Source: an uncultured delta proteobacterium | Lineage (GTDB): Bacteria; Desulfobacterota; Binatia; Binatales; Binataceae | Direction: 5' to 3' | DNA: 64,000 nucleotides | Assembly (NCBI GenBank): GCA_963842085.1 | Contig: CAWJET010000001.1 | Span: 2,624,001 to 2,688,000 of the forward strand | Part shown: one piece after another, positions 40,858 through 51,409 of the stretch | How the letters are laid out: every line of letters begins with the position of its first letter | Position numbering within the stretch: position 1 is the first letter of the stretch | Notes under the pieces: model-generated | Seen by the model: the letters and a program-made list of their open reading frames with translations, nothing else | Databases searched by the model: none | What the model was told of the DNA's origin: nothing | Made by a program: the position numbers and the translations under genes

Positions 40858-41676
40858 ATGCAGCCAAAATGGGAGCTAACCCTTGGTGCGGTTAGGGGAT
40901 TCAATCTGCCGGAGAGGATTATTGCGGAAGAGCATCGCCTGAGGAGAGCACTTTCTGTGCACTGCAATGGACCTTATAACGAGGCCGGAACCAATCTCGG
41001 ATTGGCTCTTTATGTTGAAGGGGATAATCAGCCATTGGATTGCGGAGGGATAAAGATTGAGCCTTTCAAGAAGAACAATATCGGGGCTCGAATCTTTATT
41101 CGTAAGGCTGACTGGAGTGCCGACGCTCCAGCGTACCGGCGTTTCCTATGGAAGAACGTGGAAAGGGCCATTTGGGGTTGCGTGGAGACCTTGGACAAGA
41201 AACAAGTTTCGTTAGACGTGGATAGGCTTCGCCGCGATCTCTCTCTTGTCGAAGAGGCGTTTCTCGGGGTCGATCTGGAATCAAAGTCCAGATCGAATGC
41301 GCCTGAGCCTGCGGAGACCAAAGAGCAGGTGTCCTTCGACGAGACTTCCGAAGATGAAATGGATCGGATCGTCGTTCAATACCGGATCGAAGGCCATGGA
41401 AACGGGCAGGATCACGACAAGAGAGTCGCGGTCGAGAAAATTCTTGAGGAATGCCTGAGTGAAGGCGACTTGGGGAACTGTGATGGCGGGGACATCGGCA
41501 GCGGTACGATAAATGTCTTTTGCTTCGTCTCAGACGCTGAAAAGGCAAGGGAGCCTATCCTCCAAACTCTGCGCAACAACGGCTTTCTTGAAGGCGCAGT
41601 GATCCAGGAGACGGTGAAGGGCGAGGACAAAGTCGTGTGGCCTCCCGACTACGTAGGCGAGTTTAGCATCGTGTGA
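40858..41676 (+). CDS. Hypothetical two-domain protein (AT-richer than host)
   Basis: 272-aa ORF with AAGGA RBS; C-terminal CDGGDIGSGTINVFC domain. Confidence 0.7.
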   Translation: MQPKWELTLGAVRGFNLPERIIAEEHRLRRALSVHCNGPYNEAGTNLGLALYVEGDNQPLDCGGIKIEPFKKNNIGARIFIRKADWSADAPAYRRFLWKNVERAIWGCVETLDKKQVSLDVDRLRRDLSLVEEAFLGVDLESKSRSNAPEPAETKEQVSFDETSEDEMDRIVVQYRIEGHGNGQDHDKRVAVEKILEECLSEGDLGNCDGGDIGSGTINVFCFVSDAEKAREPILQTLRNNGFLEGAVIQETVKGEDKVVWPPDYVGEFSIV

Positions 41677-41789
41677 AGTAGTTCCCGCCTCTGTAGCTCT
41701 CTCGCCGCCTGAATTGATCTACGAAAGTACCGCTCGCAGTTGAAGCCGGTGCGAATTCCCGCTAATCACACTTCGCGGCACAGGATGTC

Positions 41790-41869
41790 TGTCATCCCGA
41801 CGACGGGAGCGAAGCGACGGGAGGAGGGACCTCGGACAGCTTCGCGTAAGCGAAGCCGGTACCGGTTCT
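41790..41869 (-). repeat. REP-like element, family A (inverted copy)
   Basis: TGTCATCCCGACGACGGGAGCGAAGCGAC...CTCGGACAGCTTCGCGTAAGCGAAGCCGGTACCGGTTCT. Confidence 0.88.
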
Positions 41870-41962
41870 TAGTTGCCCGTCTGGATTGAATTCATCCGCG
41901 ATGGTCTGATTTGAGAGTCTTTTACAGGCACCTTCGCCACCGGTTTTTCGCATGGAGCGCAC

Positions 41963-42076
41963 ATGAACGAGCAAGTCACCCGCCAGATCCTGTGGAACAT
42001 TCCGGTTCCGTTCATCGTGCTGATGTACGTTAAAAGCACCTCGACGACGGGGCCACCTATGCAGCCAATCGCCTGA
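41963..42076 (+). pseudogene. Orphan 5' gene fragment, resembling the N-terminus of a FadF/HdrD-like membrane Fe-S oxidoreductase
   Basis: GGAG RBS, then MNEQVTRQILWNIPVPFIVLMY in host-like codons, abruptly running into unrelated sequence. Confidence 0.5.
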
Positions 42077-42437
42077 TTATGAAAATGATCAGTAGCCCCA
42101 GTGGAACGGCGACGATGCCTTCAAATACAGGGGCAAAAATCAAACCCACGTAGCCAAATTCCTGCGGTGGATAAGCATAACTGACAAAAATGAGATACGC
42201 GTGGGTCAAGGAGAACAGGGCTCCGAACACGATTGGAGAGGTGTTGGACGAATCCTTACGAAACACGAAGAAGATGATCAGGAAGGGACTAAGAAGCGCG
42301 ACGAACATAGTGAGGTGATAAAAAACACTGAAAGAAGTGAGAGGTATACTGCGTACCGAGGGCACGATCATGATCGCCGACAACAGCAGTCCTGTTGCGA
42401 GTACGATGAAAATCGACGCAGAGCCTTTTCGGTTCAT
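42057..42437 (-). CDS. Small 4-TM membrane protein (AT-rich)
   Basis: Four hydrophobic stretches; foreign codon usage. Confidence 0.7.
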   Translation of the reverse strand: MNRKGSASIFIVLATGLLLSAIMIVPSVRSIPLTSFSVFYHLTMFVALLSPFLIIFFVFRKDSSNTSPIVFGALFSLTHAYLIFVSYAYPPQEFGYVGLIFAPVFEGIVAVPLGLLIIFIIRRLAA

Positions 42438-42645
42438 CTTCCCATTCTAGTCACAGATCAAAAGAAAAACGGCCAAGTCTCATTAATGATCTCGTCAAAA
42501 TTTTCCGCTACGAAAAGGCGTGCCGCTGAGCCAGGTTGAGGCCGCGGTGCGCTCGCGGGAGGATCCGGTGAGAGTTTCATGGGGGAGATTGCGCGGCGGG
42601 CGCAATACTGTTTTGATTTTCTTTTTTGGAGAGGTTCCTTAGGGC

Positions 42646-43590
42646 GTGAAAGAGGCCACCCACAATCGAGCCGACGTGCTCATCGAAGCGCTGCCGTACA
42701 TACGGCGCTTTCGCGGCAAAACGTTCGTCATCAAATACGGCGGGCACGCGATGCAGACCGAAGAGCTGCGCGAGAGCTTCGCTCGGGAAGTCGTGCTGCT
42801 CGACCTGGTCGGCATCAACCCGGTAATCGTGCACGGCGGCGGGCCGCAGATCACGGAACTGATCGGCAAGCTCGGGCTGAAATCGCGCTTCGTGCGCGGG
42901 ATGCGCGTGACCGATACGGCGACGATGGAAGCGGCCGAGATGGTGCTGCAGAGAATCAACAAGGACCTCGTCGCGACGATTTCGCGCATGGGCGGCCGCG
43001 CGGTTGGGCTCTCGGGCAAGGACGGCGACCTGATCAGGTCGCGTAAGATGCGGATGGTGGTCACCGATGACAACGGCAAGCGCTCGCGCGTCGATATCGG
43101 GCTGGTCGGCGAGGTCGATCGGGTAAATCCGGAACTGCTGCGCACGCTCGAGGCCAACAACTTCATCCCGGTGATCGCGCCGACCGGATTCGGCCGCGAC
43201 GGCCAGACTTACAACATCAACGCCGACGTCGCGGCGGGCGAGATCGCGGCGGCGCTCAAGGCGGAAAAATTGATCCTGCTGAGCGACGTCGAAGGCGTGA
43301 AGGATAAGGACGGTAAACTGCTCTCGACGCTGGACGCCGCGGAAGCAAAGCGGCTGATCGCGCGCGGGGTGATACAGGAAGGGATGATTCCGAAGGTCGA
43401 ATGTTGCATCGAGGCGCTGAACAAAGGCGTCGCGAAGACGCACATAATCGACGGCCGGAACAAGCACGCGGTGCTGCTCGAAATCTTCACCCGCTCGGGA
43501 ATCGGCACCGAAGTGGTGCAGCGCCGCGCCAAGGTGTCGGCGTTGAGCGACCCGGCGCGCAGCGCAGAGGGCGGCGGCAAAGCTCGATGA
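42646..43590 (+). CDS. argB: Acetylglutamate kinase
   Basis: [31 protein letters not shown]. Confidence 0.97.
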   Translation: MKEATHNRADVLIEALPYIRRFRGKTFVIKYGGHAMQTEELRESFAREVVLLDLVGINPVIVHGGGPQITELIGKLGLKSRFVRGMRVTDTATMEAAEMVLQRINKDLVATISRMGGRAVGLSGKDGDLIRSRKMRMVVTDDNGKRSRVDIGLVGEVDRVNPELLRTLEANNFIPVIAPTGFGRDGQTYNINADVAAGEIAAALKAEKLILLSDVEGVKDKDGKLLSTLDAAEAKRLIARGVIQEGMIPKVECCIEALNKGVAKTHIIDGRNKHAVLLEIFTRSGIGTEVVQRRAKVSALSDPARSAEGGGKAR

Positions 43591-44786
43591 ACAGTGCAGA
43601 GATCATAGAACTCACGCATCGGCACATGGTCGATGTTTACGGATGCCTGCCGCTTGCGTTCGCGCGCGGGCATGGCGCGTATCTGTATGACGCCGATGGC
43701 AACCGCTATCTCGATTTTTTTTGCGGGTTGGCGGTCACCAGTCTTGGTCACGGAAACCCCCGCGTCGTGCGCGCGATCAAGGAGCAGGCGGAAAAGCTCA
43801 CGCACGTTTCCAACGTCTTTCATACGGAGCCGACGGCGCGACTGGTCGAGCGGCTGGCGAATCGTTTCGGCGACGGAAAAGTTTTCCTGGGCAATTCGGG
43901 CGCCGAAGCCAACGAGGCCGCGATCAAGCTTGCGCGGCGATGGGGCAGCAACGCAGGCGCCGGACGCTTCGAGATTTTGACGACGCTTGGCTCGTTCCAC
44001 GGTCGCACGCTCGCCACGCTCACCGCGACCGGCCAGGAACGGTACCATCAGGGGTTCCAACCGCTGATGCCGGGCTTCAGACTGGTGCCGTTCGACGATC
44101 TCGCGGCGCTTGATCGCGCGCGGCGCGACGAAACCGTCGGCGTGATGATCGAACCGATCCAGGGCGAGGGCGGCGTCGTGGTGCCGCGCGCGGACTACCT
44201 GAAGCGAGTGCGCGACTGGTGCGATCGCAACAAGATGCTGCTGCTGCTGGACGAAGTGCAAACCGGAATGGGGCGCACCGGACGCTTCTTCGCGTACGAG
44301 CACGCCGGCATCAAGCCCGACATCGTGACGCTGGCGAAGGCGCTCGGCGGCGGGCTTCCGATCGGTGCGATGATTGCGCGGGCCGAGATCGCGTCGAGCT
44401 TCACGCCCGGCAGCCACGGCAGCACGTTCGGTGGAAATCCGGTGGCCTGCGCGGCGGCGGTCGCCGTGATCGACGCGCTCGAGCAGGACGGCGCGCTGGA
44501 GAACGCGTCGAGCGTGGGCGGCTACATCCTCGAGCGGCTCGGCAAATTTGCGCGCTCGTGCGATCGAATCGTCGAAGTTCGCGGACTCGGGATGATCATC
44601 GGCGTGGTGCTCAAGCACGACGCGCGTCCGATCGTCGAGGAGTGTCTCAAGAATCGGCTGCTCGTCAACGGCACCGCGGGCAACGTGCTGCGGCTGTTGC
44701 CGCCGCTGAACCTCACGCGCGAGGAGGCTGACGCCGGTCTCGCGATTATCGAAAATGCGCTCGAGGGCGGGCCGATTCCGAAGTGA
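43587..44786 (+). CDS. argD: Acetylornithine aminotransferase
   Basis: [49 protein letters not shown]. Confidence 0.95.
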   Translation: MNSAEIIELTHRHMVDVYGCLPLAFARGHGAYLYDADGNRYLDFFCGLAVTSLGHGNPRVVRAIKEQAEKLTHVSNVFHTEPTARLVERLANRFGDGKVFLGNSGAEANEAAIKLARRWGSNAGAGRFEILTTLGSFHGRTLATLTATGQERYHQGFQPLMPGFRLVPFDDLAALDRARRDETVGVMIEPIQGEGGVVVPRADYLKRVRDWCDRNKMLLLLDEVQTGMGRTGRFFAYEHAGIKPDIVTLAKALGGGLPIGAMIARAEIASSFTPGSHGSTFGGNPVACAAAVAVIDALEQDGALENASSVGGYILERLGKFARSCDRIVEVRGLGMIIGVVLKHDARPIVEECLKNRLLVNGTAGNVLRLLPPLNLTREEADAGLAIIENALEGGPIPK

Positions 44787-44805
44787 GCCGCGGCGCACAC
44801 GCAAG

Positions 44806-45747
44806 ATGAAACGCGATTTCCTCGACCTCAGCTCGCTCTCGACGGCTGAACTCAACGGACTGCTGGCGCTCGGCGCGCGGCTCAAGGCCGAGCTCAAGAT
44901 CGGACTCGAGCATCCGTACCTGCGGGGCCGGACGCTCGCGATGGTATTTCAGAAGCCGTCGCTGCGGACGCGAGTCACGTTCGAGACCGGCATGGCGCAG
45001 CTTGGCGGGCATGCGATTTATCTCGCGCCGAATGATATCGGTATTGGCGAGCGCGAATCGGTGAAGGACGTCGCGCGCAACATTTCGCGGGCCGTGGATT
45101 TGATCATGATTCGCACTTTCTCGCACGAGACCGCGGTCGAGCTTGCGCGCGAGGCCACGGTGCCGGTCATCAATGGGCTCACTGATTTGCTGCATCCGTG
45201 CCAGTTGCTCGCCGATCTGATGACGCTGCAGGAGCGCTTCGGGCGCGACCTCAGGAAAGTCCGCGTCGCGTTCGTGGGCGATGGCTTCAACCTGGCGCAG
45301 AGCTGGATCGAGGCGGCGTCGCTTGCGGGTTTTGAGCTGCGGCTGGCCTGCCCGAAAGGTTACGAGCCGGAGAAGGCGTACATGAATCGGATGCGCAACG
45401 AGGAAATCGGCACGCTGACCGACGATCCGGCCGAGGCGGTCAAGGACGCGGACGCCGTTTACACCGACACCTGGACTTCGATGGGGCGTGAGAAGGAAGC
45501 GGTGCAGCGACGTCGCGACTTCAAGGGGTTCCAGGTCAACGATGCGCTGCTGAAGAATGCGCGCAAGGGCGCGATTGTGATGCATTGCCTGCCGGCGCAT
45601 CGCGGGGAGGAAATTACCGACGAAGTGATCGACGGACCGCGTTCGGTGGTGCTCGATCAAGCAGAGAACCGGCTGCATGCGCAGAAAGCCGTGATGGTCT
45701 GGCTGATTCGGCCTGAAATTTTGCAGACTTCGCCGTCGCCGGGGTGA
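44806..45747 (+). CDS. argF: Ornithine carbamoyltransferase
   Basis: [33 protein letters not shown]. Confidence 0.95.
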   Translation: MKRDFLDLSSLSTAELNGLLALGARLKAELKIGLEHPYLRGRTLAMVFQKPSLRTRVTFETGMAQLGGHAIYLAPNDIGIGERESVKDVARNISRAVDLIMIRTFSHETAVELAREATVPVINGLTDLLHPCQLLADLMTLQERFGRDLRKVRVAFVGDGFNLAQSWIEAASLAGFELRLACPKGYEPEKAYMNRMRNEEIGTLTDDPAEAVKDADAVYTDTWTSMGREKEAVQRRRDFKGFQVNDALLKNARKGAIVMHCLPAHRGEEITDEVIDGPRSVVLDQAENRLHAQKAVMVWLIRPEILQTSPSPG

Positions 45748-45760
45748 CGGTCCAAAAATC

Positions 45761-46981
45761 GTGGCTACCGAGAAGATAAAAAAACTGGTGCTTGCCTATT
45801 CGGGCGGACTGGACACGTCGGTGATCCTGCGCTGGATCAAGGATCAGTTCGAATGCGAGGTGATCGCATACTGCGCCGACGTCGGCCAGGGCGACGAGAC
45901 CGAGGGCCTGGAAGAGAAGGCGCTCCAGACCGGCGCGAGCAAACTTTATGTCGTCGATCTGCGCGAGGAATTCGCGCGCGACTTCGTGTTCCCGATGATG
46001 CGCGCGAATGCCGTGTACGAGGGTTACTACCTGCTCGGCACGTCGATCGCGCGGCCGGTGATCGCCAAGAAGCTGGTCGAGATAGCCCGCGAGGAAGGTG
46101 CCGACGCTGTCGCTCACGGCTCGACCGGCAAAGGCAACGACCAGGTGCGATACGAGTTGACGATCGCGCGCCTCGCGCCGGATCTGAAAATCATCGCGCC
46201 GTGGCGCCGAACCGATTGGCCGTTCGTAGGCCGCGCGGACATGATCGCATACGCCAACGAGAAGAAAATTCCCGTGTCGGTTACCGCCGAGAAGCCGTAC
46301 TCGATGGATCGCAACCTGGTTCACGTCAGCTACGAGGGCGGTATCCTCGAGGACCCGTGGCGCGAGCCGTACAACGACATGTTCCGCCTCACTGTTTCCC
46401 CGGAAGACGCGCCCGACAAGGCGGAATACGTCGAGATTGAATACGCCGGCGGCAATCCGGTCGCCATTAACGGCGAGCGGCTCGCACCCGCGAGGATTAT
46501 CGAGCGCGCCAACCAAATCGCCGGACGCCATGGGATCGGCCGTGTCGATCTGGTGGAGAACCGCTACGTCGGGATTAAATCGCGCGGAGTCTACGAGACT
46601 CCCGGCGTGACGATCCTCTTCCACGGGCATCGCGCGGTTGAGCAGCTCACGCTTGATCGCGAGGTGATGCATCTGCGCGACTCGCTTATCTCGCGCTACG
46701 CGGAAATGGTGTATTACGGATACTGGTTTGCGCCCGAGCGTGAGGCGCTGCAGGCGCTGGTGGACGATACGCAGAAAAACGTGAGCGGAGTTGCGCGGCT
46801 GAAGCTCTTCAAGGGCGGAGTGTGGATCGCCGGACGCAAATCGCCCAACTCGCTGTATGATCCGAAGATCGCGAGCTTCGAGGAAGCGGGCGGGTACAAC
46901 CAGGCCGACGCCGACGGATTCATCAGGCTCGCGGGAGTGCGGCTGCGGGCGCTGGCGCGTGCGAGCACGAAGGGCGGATAG
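45761..46981 (+). CDS. argG: Argininosuccinate synthase
   Basis: [32 protein letters not shown]. Confidence 0.98.
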   Translation: MATEKIKKLVLAYSGGLDTSVILRWIKDQFECEVIAYCADVGQGDETEGLEEKALQTGASKLYVVDLREEFARDFVFPMMRANAVYEGYYLLGTSIARPVIAKKLVEIAREEGADAVAHGSTGKGNDQVRYELTIARLAPDLKIIAPWRRTDWPFVGRADMIAYANEKKIPVSVTAEKPYSMDRNLVHVSYEGGILEDPWREPYNDMFRLTVSPEDAPDKAEYVEIEYAGGNPVAINGERLAPARIIERANQIAGRHGIGRVDLVENRYVGIKSRGVYETPGVTILFHGHRAVEQLTLDREVMHLRDSLISRYAEMVYYGYWFAPEREALQALVDDTQKNVSGVARLKLFKGGVWIAGRKSPNSLYDPKIASFEEAGGYNQADADGFIRLAGVRLRALARASTKGG

Positions 46982-46983
46982 AG

Positions 46984-47160
46984 TTGGGCAAGGTCATCCA
47001 GTTCAAGCCGCCGCGAACACAGCCCAAGCTGGTGCCCCGTCAGCGCACGGGAGACTGCGCTCACTGCCATCACAAGATGGACGTCCACATCACCCATCCC
47101 GACGGCTCGATGAGTTGTGCGGCACGCGGATGTTCCTGCCAGTTGCGGCCGGTCAATTGA
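46984..47160 (+). CDS. Unannotated 58-aa Cys/His-rich protein
   Basis: TTG start 2 nt after the argG stop: MGKVIQFKPPRTQPKLVPRQRTGDCAHCHHKMDVHITHPDGSMSCAARGCSCQLRPVN. Confidence 0.72.
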   Translation: MGKVIQFKPPRTQPKLVPRQRTGDCAHCHHKMDVHITHPDGSMSCAARGCSCQLRPVN

Positions 47161-47202
47161 TTCGCGCGTCGCGAACTACTCCGCTCGCGGAACAGTGAAA
47201 AA

Positions 47203-48585
47203 GTGAAAGGGCGTCGCAGCCAGAAAAATCTCATACGCGGAAGATTTGCGCGCAGCCGCCCGCCCGAGGTCGAAGCCTTCACCGCGTCGTTGCCCTTCGA
47301 TCGGCGGCTCTTTCGCCATGACATTCGCGGGTCGATCGCGCATGCGCGGATGCTGGCGAAGGTTGGACTGCTCAAGGCGGGCGAGTTGCGTACGATCGTC
47401 GGCGGACTCGAGCGCATCGAGAGTGACATCGCTGATGGACGCTTTAAGTTCGATATAGCCGACGAAGACATCCACCTGGCGATCGAGCGCCGGCTGATTG
47501 CGCTGATTGGAGAGCCGGGGCGCAAGCTCCACACCGGGCGTTCGCGCAACGATCAGGTCGCGCTCGATATGCGGCTCTATCTTCGCGACGAGATTGCCGG
47601 CGTGATCGCGCTGGTCGCGGGGCTTCGCGCCGCGCTGATTCGGCTCGCGCAGCGCCACGTCGCCACCATCATGCCCGGCTACACGCATTTGCAGCGGGCG
47701 CAGCCGGTCACGCTTGCGCACCATCTGCTGGCCTACGTCGAGATGCTTGGCCGCGATCGCGAGCGTTTCGAGCAGGCTGCGGCGCGCACCGCGATCATGC
47801 CGCTCGGCGCGGGCGCTCTCGCGGGCACGACGCTGCCGCTGGATCGCCGGATGGTCGCGCGGGCGTTGGGGTTCAAGTCGATCACCGCCAACAGCATGGA
47901 TGCGGTGTCGGATCGCGACTTCGTGGTGGATTTTCTTTCGGCCGCCGCGCTCACGCAGGTGCATCTGTCGCGCATGAGCGAGGAAATCATTCTCTGGACA
48001 AGCACGGAGTTCGGCTTCGCGACGCTGCCCGATGAATTTTCGACCGGCAGCTCGATGATGCCGCAGAAGAAGAATCCCGATCTGCTCGAACTGATCCGCG
48101 GCAAGACCGGCCGCGTGATTGGCGACCTGGTCGCGACGCTGACGGTGTTGAAGGGCCTGCCGCTGGCCTATAACTCGGACTTGCAAGAAGACAAGGAGCG
48201 TGTGTTCGACGCGCTCGACGCGCTCAAGCCCGCGCTCGATCTGCTGGCGAAACTTTGGCCGATGCTGCGGTTCGACGCGAAGCGCATGCGAGCGGCGGCG
48301 GGAGGATTTGCGCTGGCCACCGATCTCGCGGAATATCTGGTCGGTCGCGGCACGCCGTTTCGCCAGGCGCATGAAATCGTCGGCGCACTAGTCCGTGAGA
48401 CGGTCGAAGCGGGCAAGACGCTTGAGGACCTGGACCTCGGGGAGTTGCGACAGCACTCCAGCGCATTCGGCGCCGACGCGATCGCGATTCTTCGCGCCGA
48501 GAACTCGGTCGCCCGGCGCACGATCGAAGGCGGTCCGGCGCCGTCCGCAGTCAAGCGCCGCCTCAAGGAGCTGCGCCGTCGATGA
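47203..48585 (+). CDS. argH: Argininosuccinate lyase
   Basis: EDIH, HTGRSRNDQ, GYTHLQRAQP, GSSMMPQKKNPD, YNSDLQEDK. Confidence 0.98.
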   Translation: MKGRRSQKNLIRGRFARSRPPEVEAFTASLPFDRRLFRHDIRGSIAHARMLAKVGLLKAGELRTIVGGLERIESDIADGRFKFDIADEDIHLAIERRLIALIGEPGRKLHTGRSRNDQVALDMRLYLRDEIAGVIALVAGLRAALIRLAQRHVATIMPGYTHLQRAQPVTLAHHLLAYVEMLGRDRERFEQAAARTAIMPLGAGALAGTTLPLDRRMVARALGFKSITANSMDAVSDRDFVVDFLSAAALTQVHLSRMSEEIILWTSTEFGFATLPDEFSTGSSMMPQKKNPDLLELIRGKTGRVIGDLVATLTVLKGLPLAYNSDLQEDKERVFDALDALKPALDLLAKLWPMLRFDAKRMRAAAGGFALATDLAEYLVGRGTPFRQAHEIVGALVRETVEAGKTLEDLDLGELRQHSSAFGADAIAILRAENSVARRTIEGGPAPSAVKRRLKELRRR

Positions 48586-49088
48586 ATCGGGAAACCAACC
48601 GTGCCAGGTGCCTGACCTTAGTGCTCATGATTGCTGCGCTTGCAAACGTGGTGTTCCTCGGGTGCGGCGTGAAGTCATCGCCAATACCGCCGGAGGCGGC
48701 GCGTCCCGAGAAAATCCTCTCGCTTGAAGCGATGAATGTGAAAGATGGAATTCGGCTGACCTGGGATCGCCCCGAAACTTACGCCGGCGGCCAAAAGATG
48801 CGCGACCTGGGCAGCTTCTCAATCACGCGCGTCCGAGAGGGCCAGCCGGTCGAGAAGATCGCCGACATCGAGGTGCATGACGAAGGGCGCTTCCAGGTGC
48901 AACGCACCTTTGCGTTCATCGACGGCTCAACAATCATGGGCAAGACCTATCATTACCAAGTGACTTCCAGCACCACCGACGGCTACGTCAGCGAGCCGTC
49001 GAACGATGTGACGATCGTGCGCAGGTCTCCATCGGCCCCGCCGAACCCGGAAACCTTCGTAGTGCCGACGCCAGTACCGCTTCGATAA
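48582..49088 (+). CDS. Lipoprotein with FN3-like domain
   Basis: LGCGVKSSPIPP lipobox; LTW...YHYQV; lies between argH and lysA. Confidence 0.75.
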   Translation: MNRETNRARCLTLVLMIAALANVVFLGCGVKSSPIPPEAARPEKILSLEAMNVKDGIRLTWDRPETYAGGQKMRDLGSFSITRVREGQPVEKIADIEVHDEGRFQVQRTFAFIDGSTIMGKTYHYQVTSSTTDGYVSEPSNDVTIVRRSPSAPPNPETFVVPTPVPLR

Positions 49089-49221
49089 CCGCGGGGTAGC
49101 GAGCGGGTTTGCGGCGAGTGATCGTTTATTCGCCGGGCTCCGCTATGATAGAAACGAACCTTCGCCCAATTGCACCGCTGTCGAGTGGGTGAAGCAGCCG
49201 CGTGACCGACGCCACATCGCA

Positions 49222-50481
49222 ATGAACTACTTCGAATACCGCAACGATCAGCTTTATGCGGAGGACGTGCCGATCGCCGATTTGGCGCGGCGGATCAACA
49301 CGCCGCTTTTCGTCTACAGCGCGCGCACGCTCAGGCGCCATTTCCGGGTTTTCGACGAGGCTTTCGCCGGCACCGACCACCTAATCTGCTACGCGATGAA
49401 GGCGCTCTCCAATCTCAGCATCCTGAAGTTGTTCGCCTCGATGGGTGCGGGATTCGATATAGTCTCCGTCGGCGAGCTGATGCGAGGCCTGCGCATCGGT
49501 GCGGACCCTCGCAAGATCGTGTTCTCCGGCGTCGGCAAGACCGACGAGGAGATCGCGGCCGCGCTCGAAGCCGGCATCCTGATGATCAACGTCGAGTCGC
49601 GCCCGGAACTGCATCGCATAGCCGAGGTCGCGGGACGGATGAAGCGCCGCGCTCCGGTCAGCCTGCGCGTGAATCCCGATCTCGACCCGGGCACGCATCC
49701 ACACATTTCCACCGGCCATCGTGACAGCAAGTTTGGCGTACCGCTCTCGCAGGTCGACGAATATTACGCAGAAGCGAGCGCGCTGGCGCAGCTTGAAATC
49801 GTCGGTCTGAGCACGCATATCGGCTCGCAGATAACCGAGATGGCGCCGTTTGCCGAAGCAGGACAGAAAGTTGCGGCGATTGTCGGGCGGCTCCGCAGCG
49901 CGGGAATCGCGCTCAAGTACCTGGATCTCGGCGGCGGTCTCGGAATCCCCTACCAGGAGCAGCCGCCGCTACCCTCGGAATACGCGCGCGCTCTGCTGAA
50001 GCCGATCGCGGGTCTTGGGCTCAAGATAATCACCGAGCCGGGACGCGTGATCGTCGGCAACGCAGGCGTGCTGGTGACGCGAGTCCTCTATAACAAGCAA
50101 ACCGACGTGAAGCGCTTCGTCGTGATCGACGGCGCGATGAACGACTTGATTCGGCCCGTGCTTTACGAGGCCTATCACTCGATCGTTCCTGTCGACCGCC
50201 GCAAGCCCGGCAAGACCGTGACGGCGGATATCGTCGGTCCGGTTTGCGAAAGCGGCGATTTCTTTGCGCGCGAGCGCGAGATGGCTGAGCCCGCGGAGGG
50301 CGACCTGCTGGCGGTGATGAGCGCCGGCGCTTATGGGTTCGTCATGTCGTCGAACTACAATAGCCGGCCGCGCGCGCCCGAGATCCTGGTCGACGGCGCC
50401 GACGTGCACGTGATTCGCGAGCGCGAGAGTTTCGAGGATCTGGTCCGCGGCGAGCATATCGTTGAACTCAAGCCGGCGTGA
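49222..50481 (+). CDS. lysA: Diaminopimelate decarboxylase
   Basis: YAMKA, FSGVGK, SKFG, HIGSQI, EPGR, GPVCESGD, GAYG, YNSRPR. Confidence 0.97.
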   Translation: MNYFEYRNDQLYAEDVPIADLARRINTPLFVYSARTLRRHFRVFDEAFAGTDHLICYAMKALSNLSILKLFASMGAGFDIVSVGELMRGLRIGADPRKIVFSGVGKTDEEIAAALEAGILMINVESRPELHRIAEVAGRMKRRAPVSLRVNPDLDPGTHPHISTGHRDSKFGVPLSQVDEYYAEASALAQLEIVGLSTHIGSQITEMAPFAEAGQKVAAIVGRLRSAGIALKYLDLGGGLGIPYQEQPPLPSEYARALLKPIAGLGLKIITEPGRVIVGNAGVLVTRVLYNKQTDVKRFVVIDGAMNDLIRPVLYEAYHSIVPVDRRKPGKTVTADIVGPVCESGDFFAREREMAEPAEGDLLAVMSAGAYGFVMSSNYNSRPRAPEILVDGADVHVIRERESFEDLVRGEHIVELKPA

Positions 50482-50496
50482 GAGCGCGTAAACGCG

Positions 50497-51387
50497 ATGG
50501 CAACGCTCGAATTCACCAAGATGCACGGCTGCGGCAACGACTACATCTACATCGTCGCAATGCGCGCGCGTCCCGCCGATCCGTCCGCGCTCTCGGTCAG
50601 GCTATCCAACCGCCACTTTGGCGTAGGCGGCGACGGGCTGATCATGTTAGCGCCGTCACGCAACGCCGACATACGAATGGAGATGTACAATGCGGACGGC
50701 AGCCGCGGCGACATGTGCGGCAACGGAATCCGATGCCTGGCGCGGCTCGCCTTCGAGCGGGGTCTCGTGCGCGCGAATCCGATGGTGGTGGAGACTGACG
50801 CCGGGCTCAAGACGGTCGAGCTGCGGCTGGAAGGCCGCCGCGTGACCGGCGCGACGGTCGATATGGGCGAGCCGATTCTCGAAGGCCGCGACATCCCGGT
50901 CAATGCCGACGGCCGAATCATAGACTATCCGCTCGAGGTCGCAGGCAGGAGCGAGCCGATCACGGCGGTCTCGATGGGCAATCCGCATTGCGTTGTGTTC
51001 GTCGCCGATGATGGCGTATTCAAGATGCAGGATCGCGATTTCGCGGAGCTCGGCCGCCAGTTTGAGCATCATCCGTTCTTTCCCCGCCGGGTGAATACCG
51101 AGTTCATCCGAGCAGTCTCGCGGCGCAACCTCAAGATGCGGGTGTGGGAGCGCGGCTCGGGTGAGACCTGGGCTTGCGGCACCGGAGCGTGCGCGGCGCT
51201 GGTCGCCGCGGTGCTGACAGATCACACCGAGCGGACTGCGACGGTAGAGCTGCGCGGCGGCAATCTTGAAATCGAATGGCGCGCCGATGGAGCCGATGCG
51301 AATCACGTTTTCATGACGGGCAACGCAGTTGAGGTTTTTCGCGGCGAGATCGAGCTGGGCGCCGACGAGATGGTCCCGGTGAAATGA
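50497..51387 (+). CDS. dapF: Diaminopimelate epimerase
   Basis: KMHGCGND, MCGNGIRC, MGNPHCV, WERGSGETWACGTGA. Confidence 0.97.
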   Translation: MATLEFTKMHGCGNDYIYIVAMRARPADPSALSVRLSNRHFGVGGDGLIMLAPSRNADIRMEMYNADGSRGDMCGNGIRCLARLAFERGLVRANPMVVETDAGLKTVELRLEGRRVTGATVDMGEPILEGRDIPVNADGRIIDYPLEVAGRSEPITAVSMGNPHCVVFVADDGVFKMQDRDFAELGRQFEHHPFFPRRVNTEFIRAVSRRNLKMRVWERGSGETWACGTGACAALVAAVLTDHTERTATVELRGGNLEIEWRADGADANHVFMTGNAVEVFRGEIELGADEMVPVK

Positions 51388-51409
51388 ACAAGGCGGGAGG
51401 CTTCGGACG

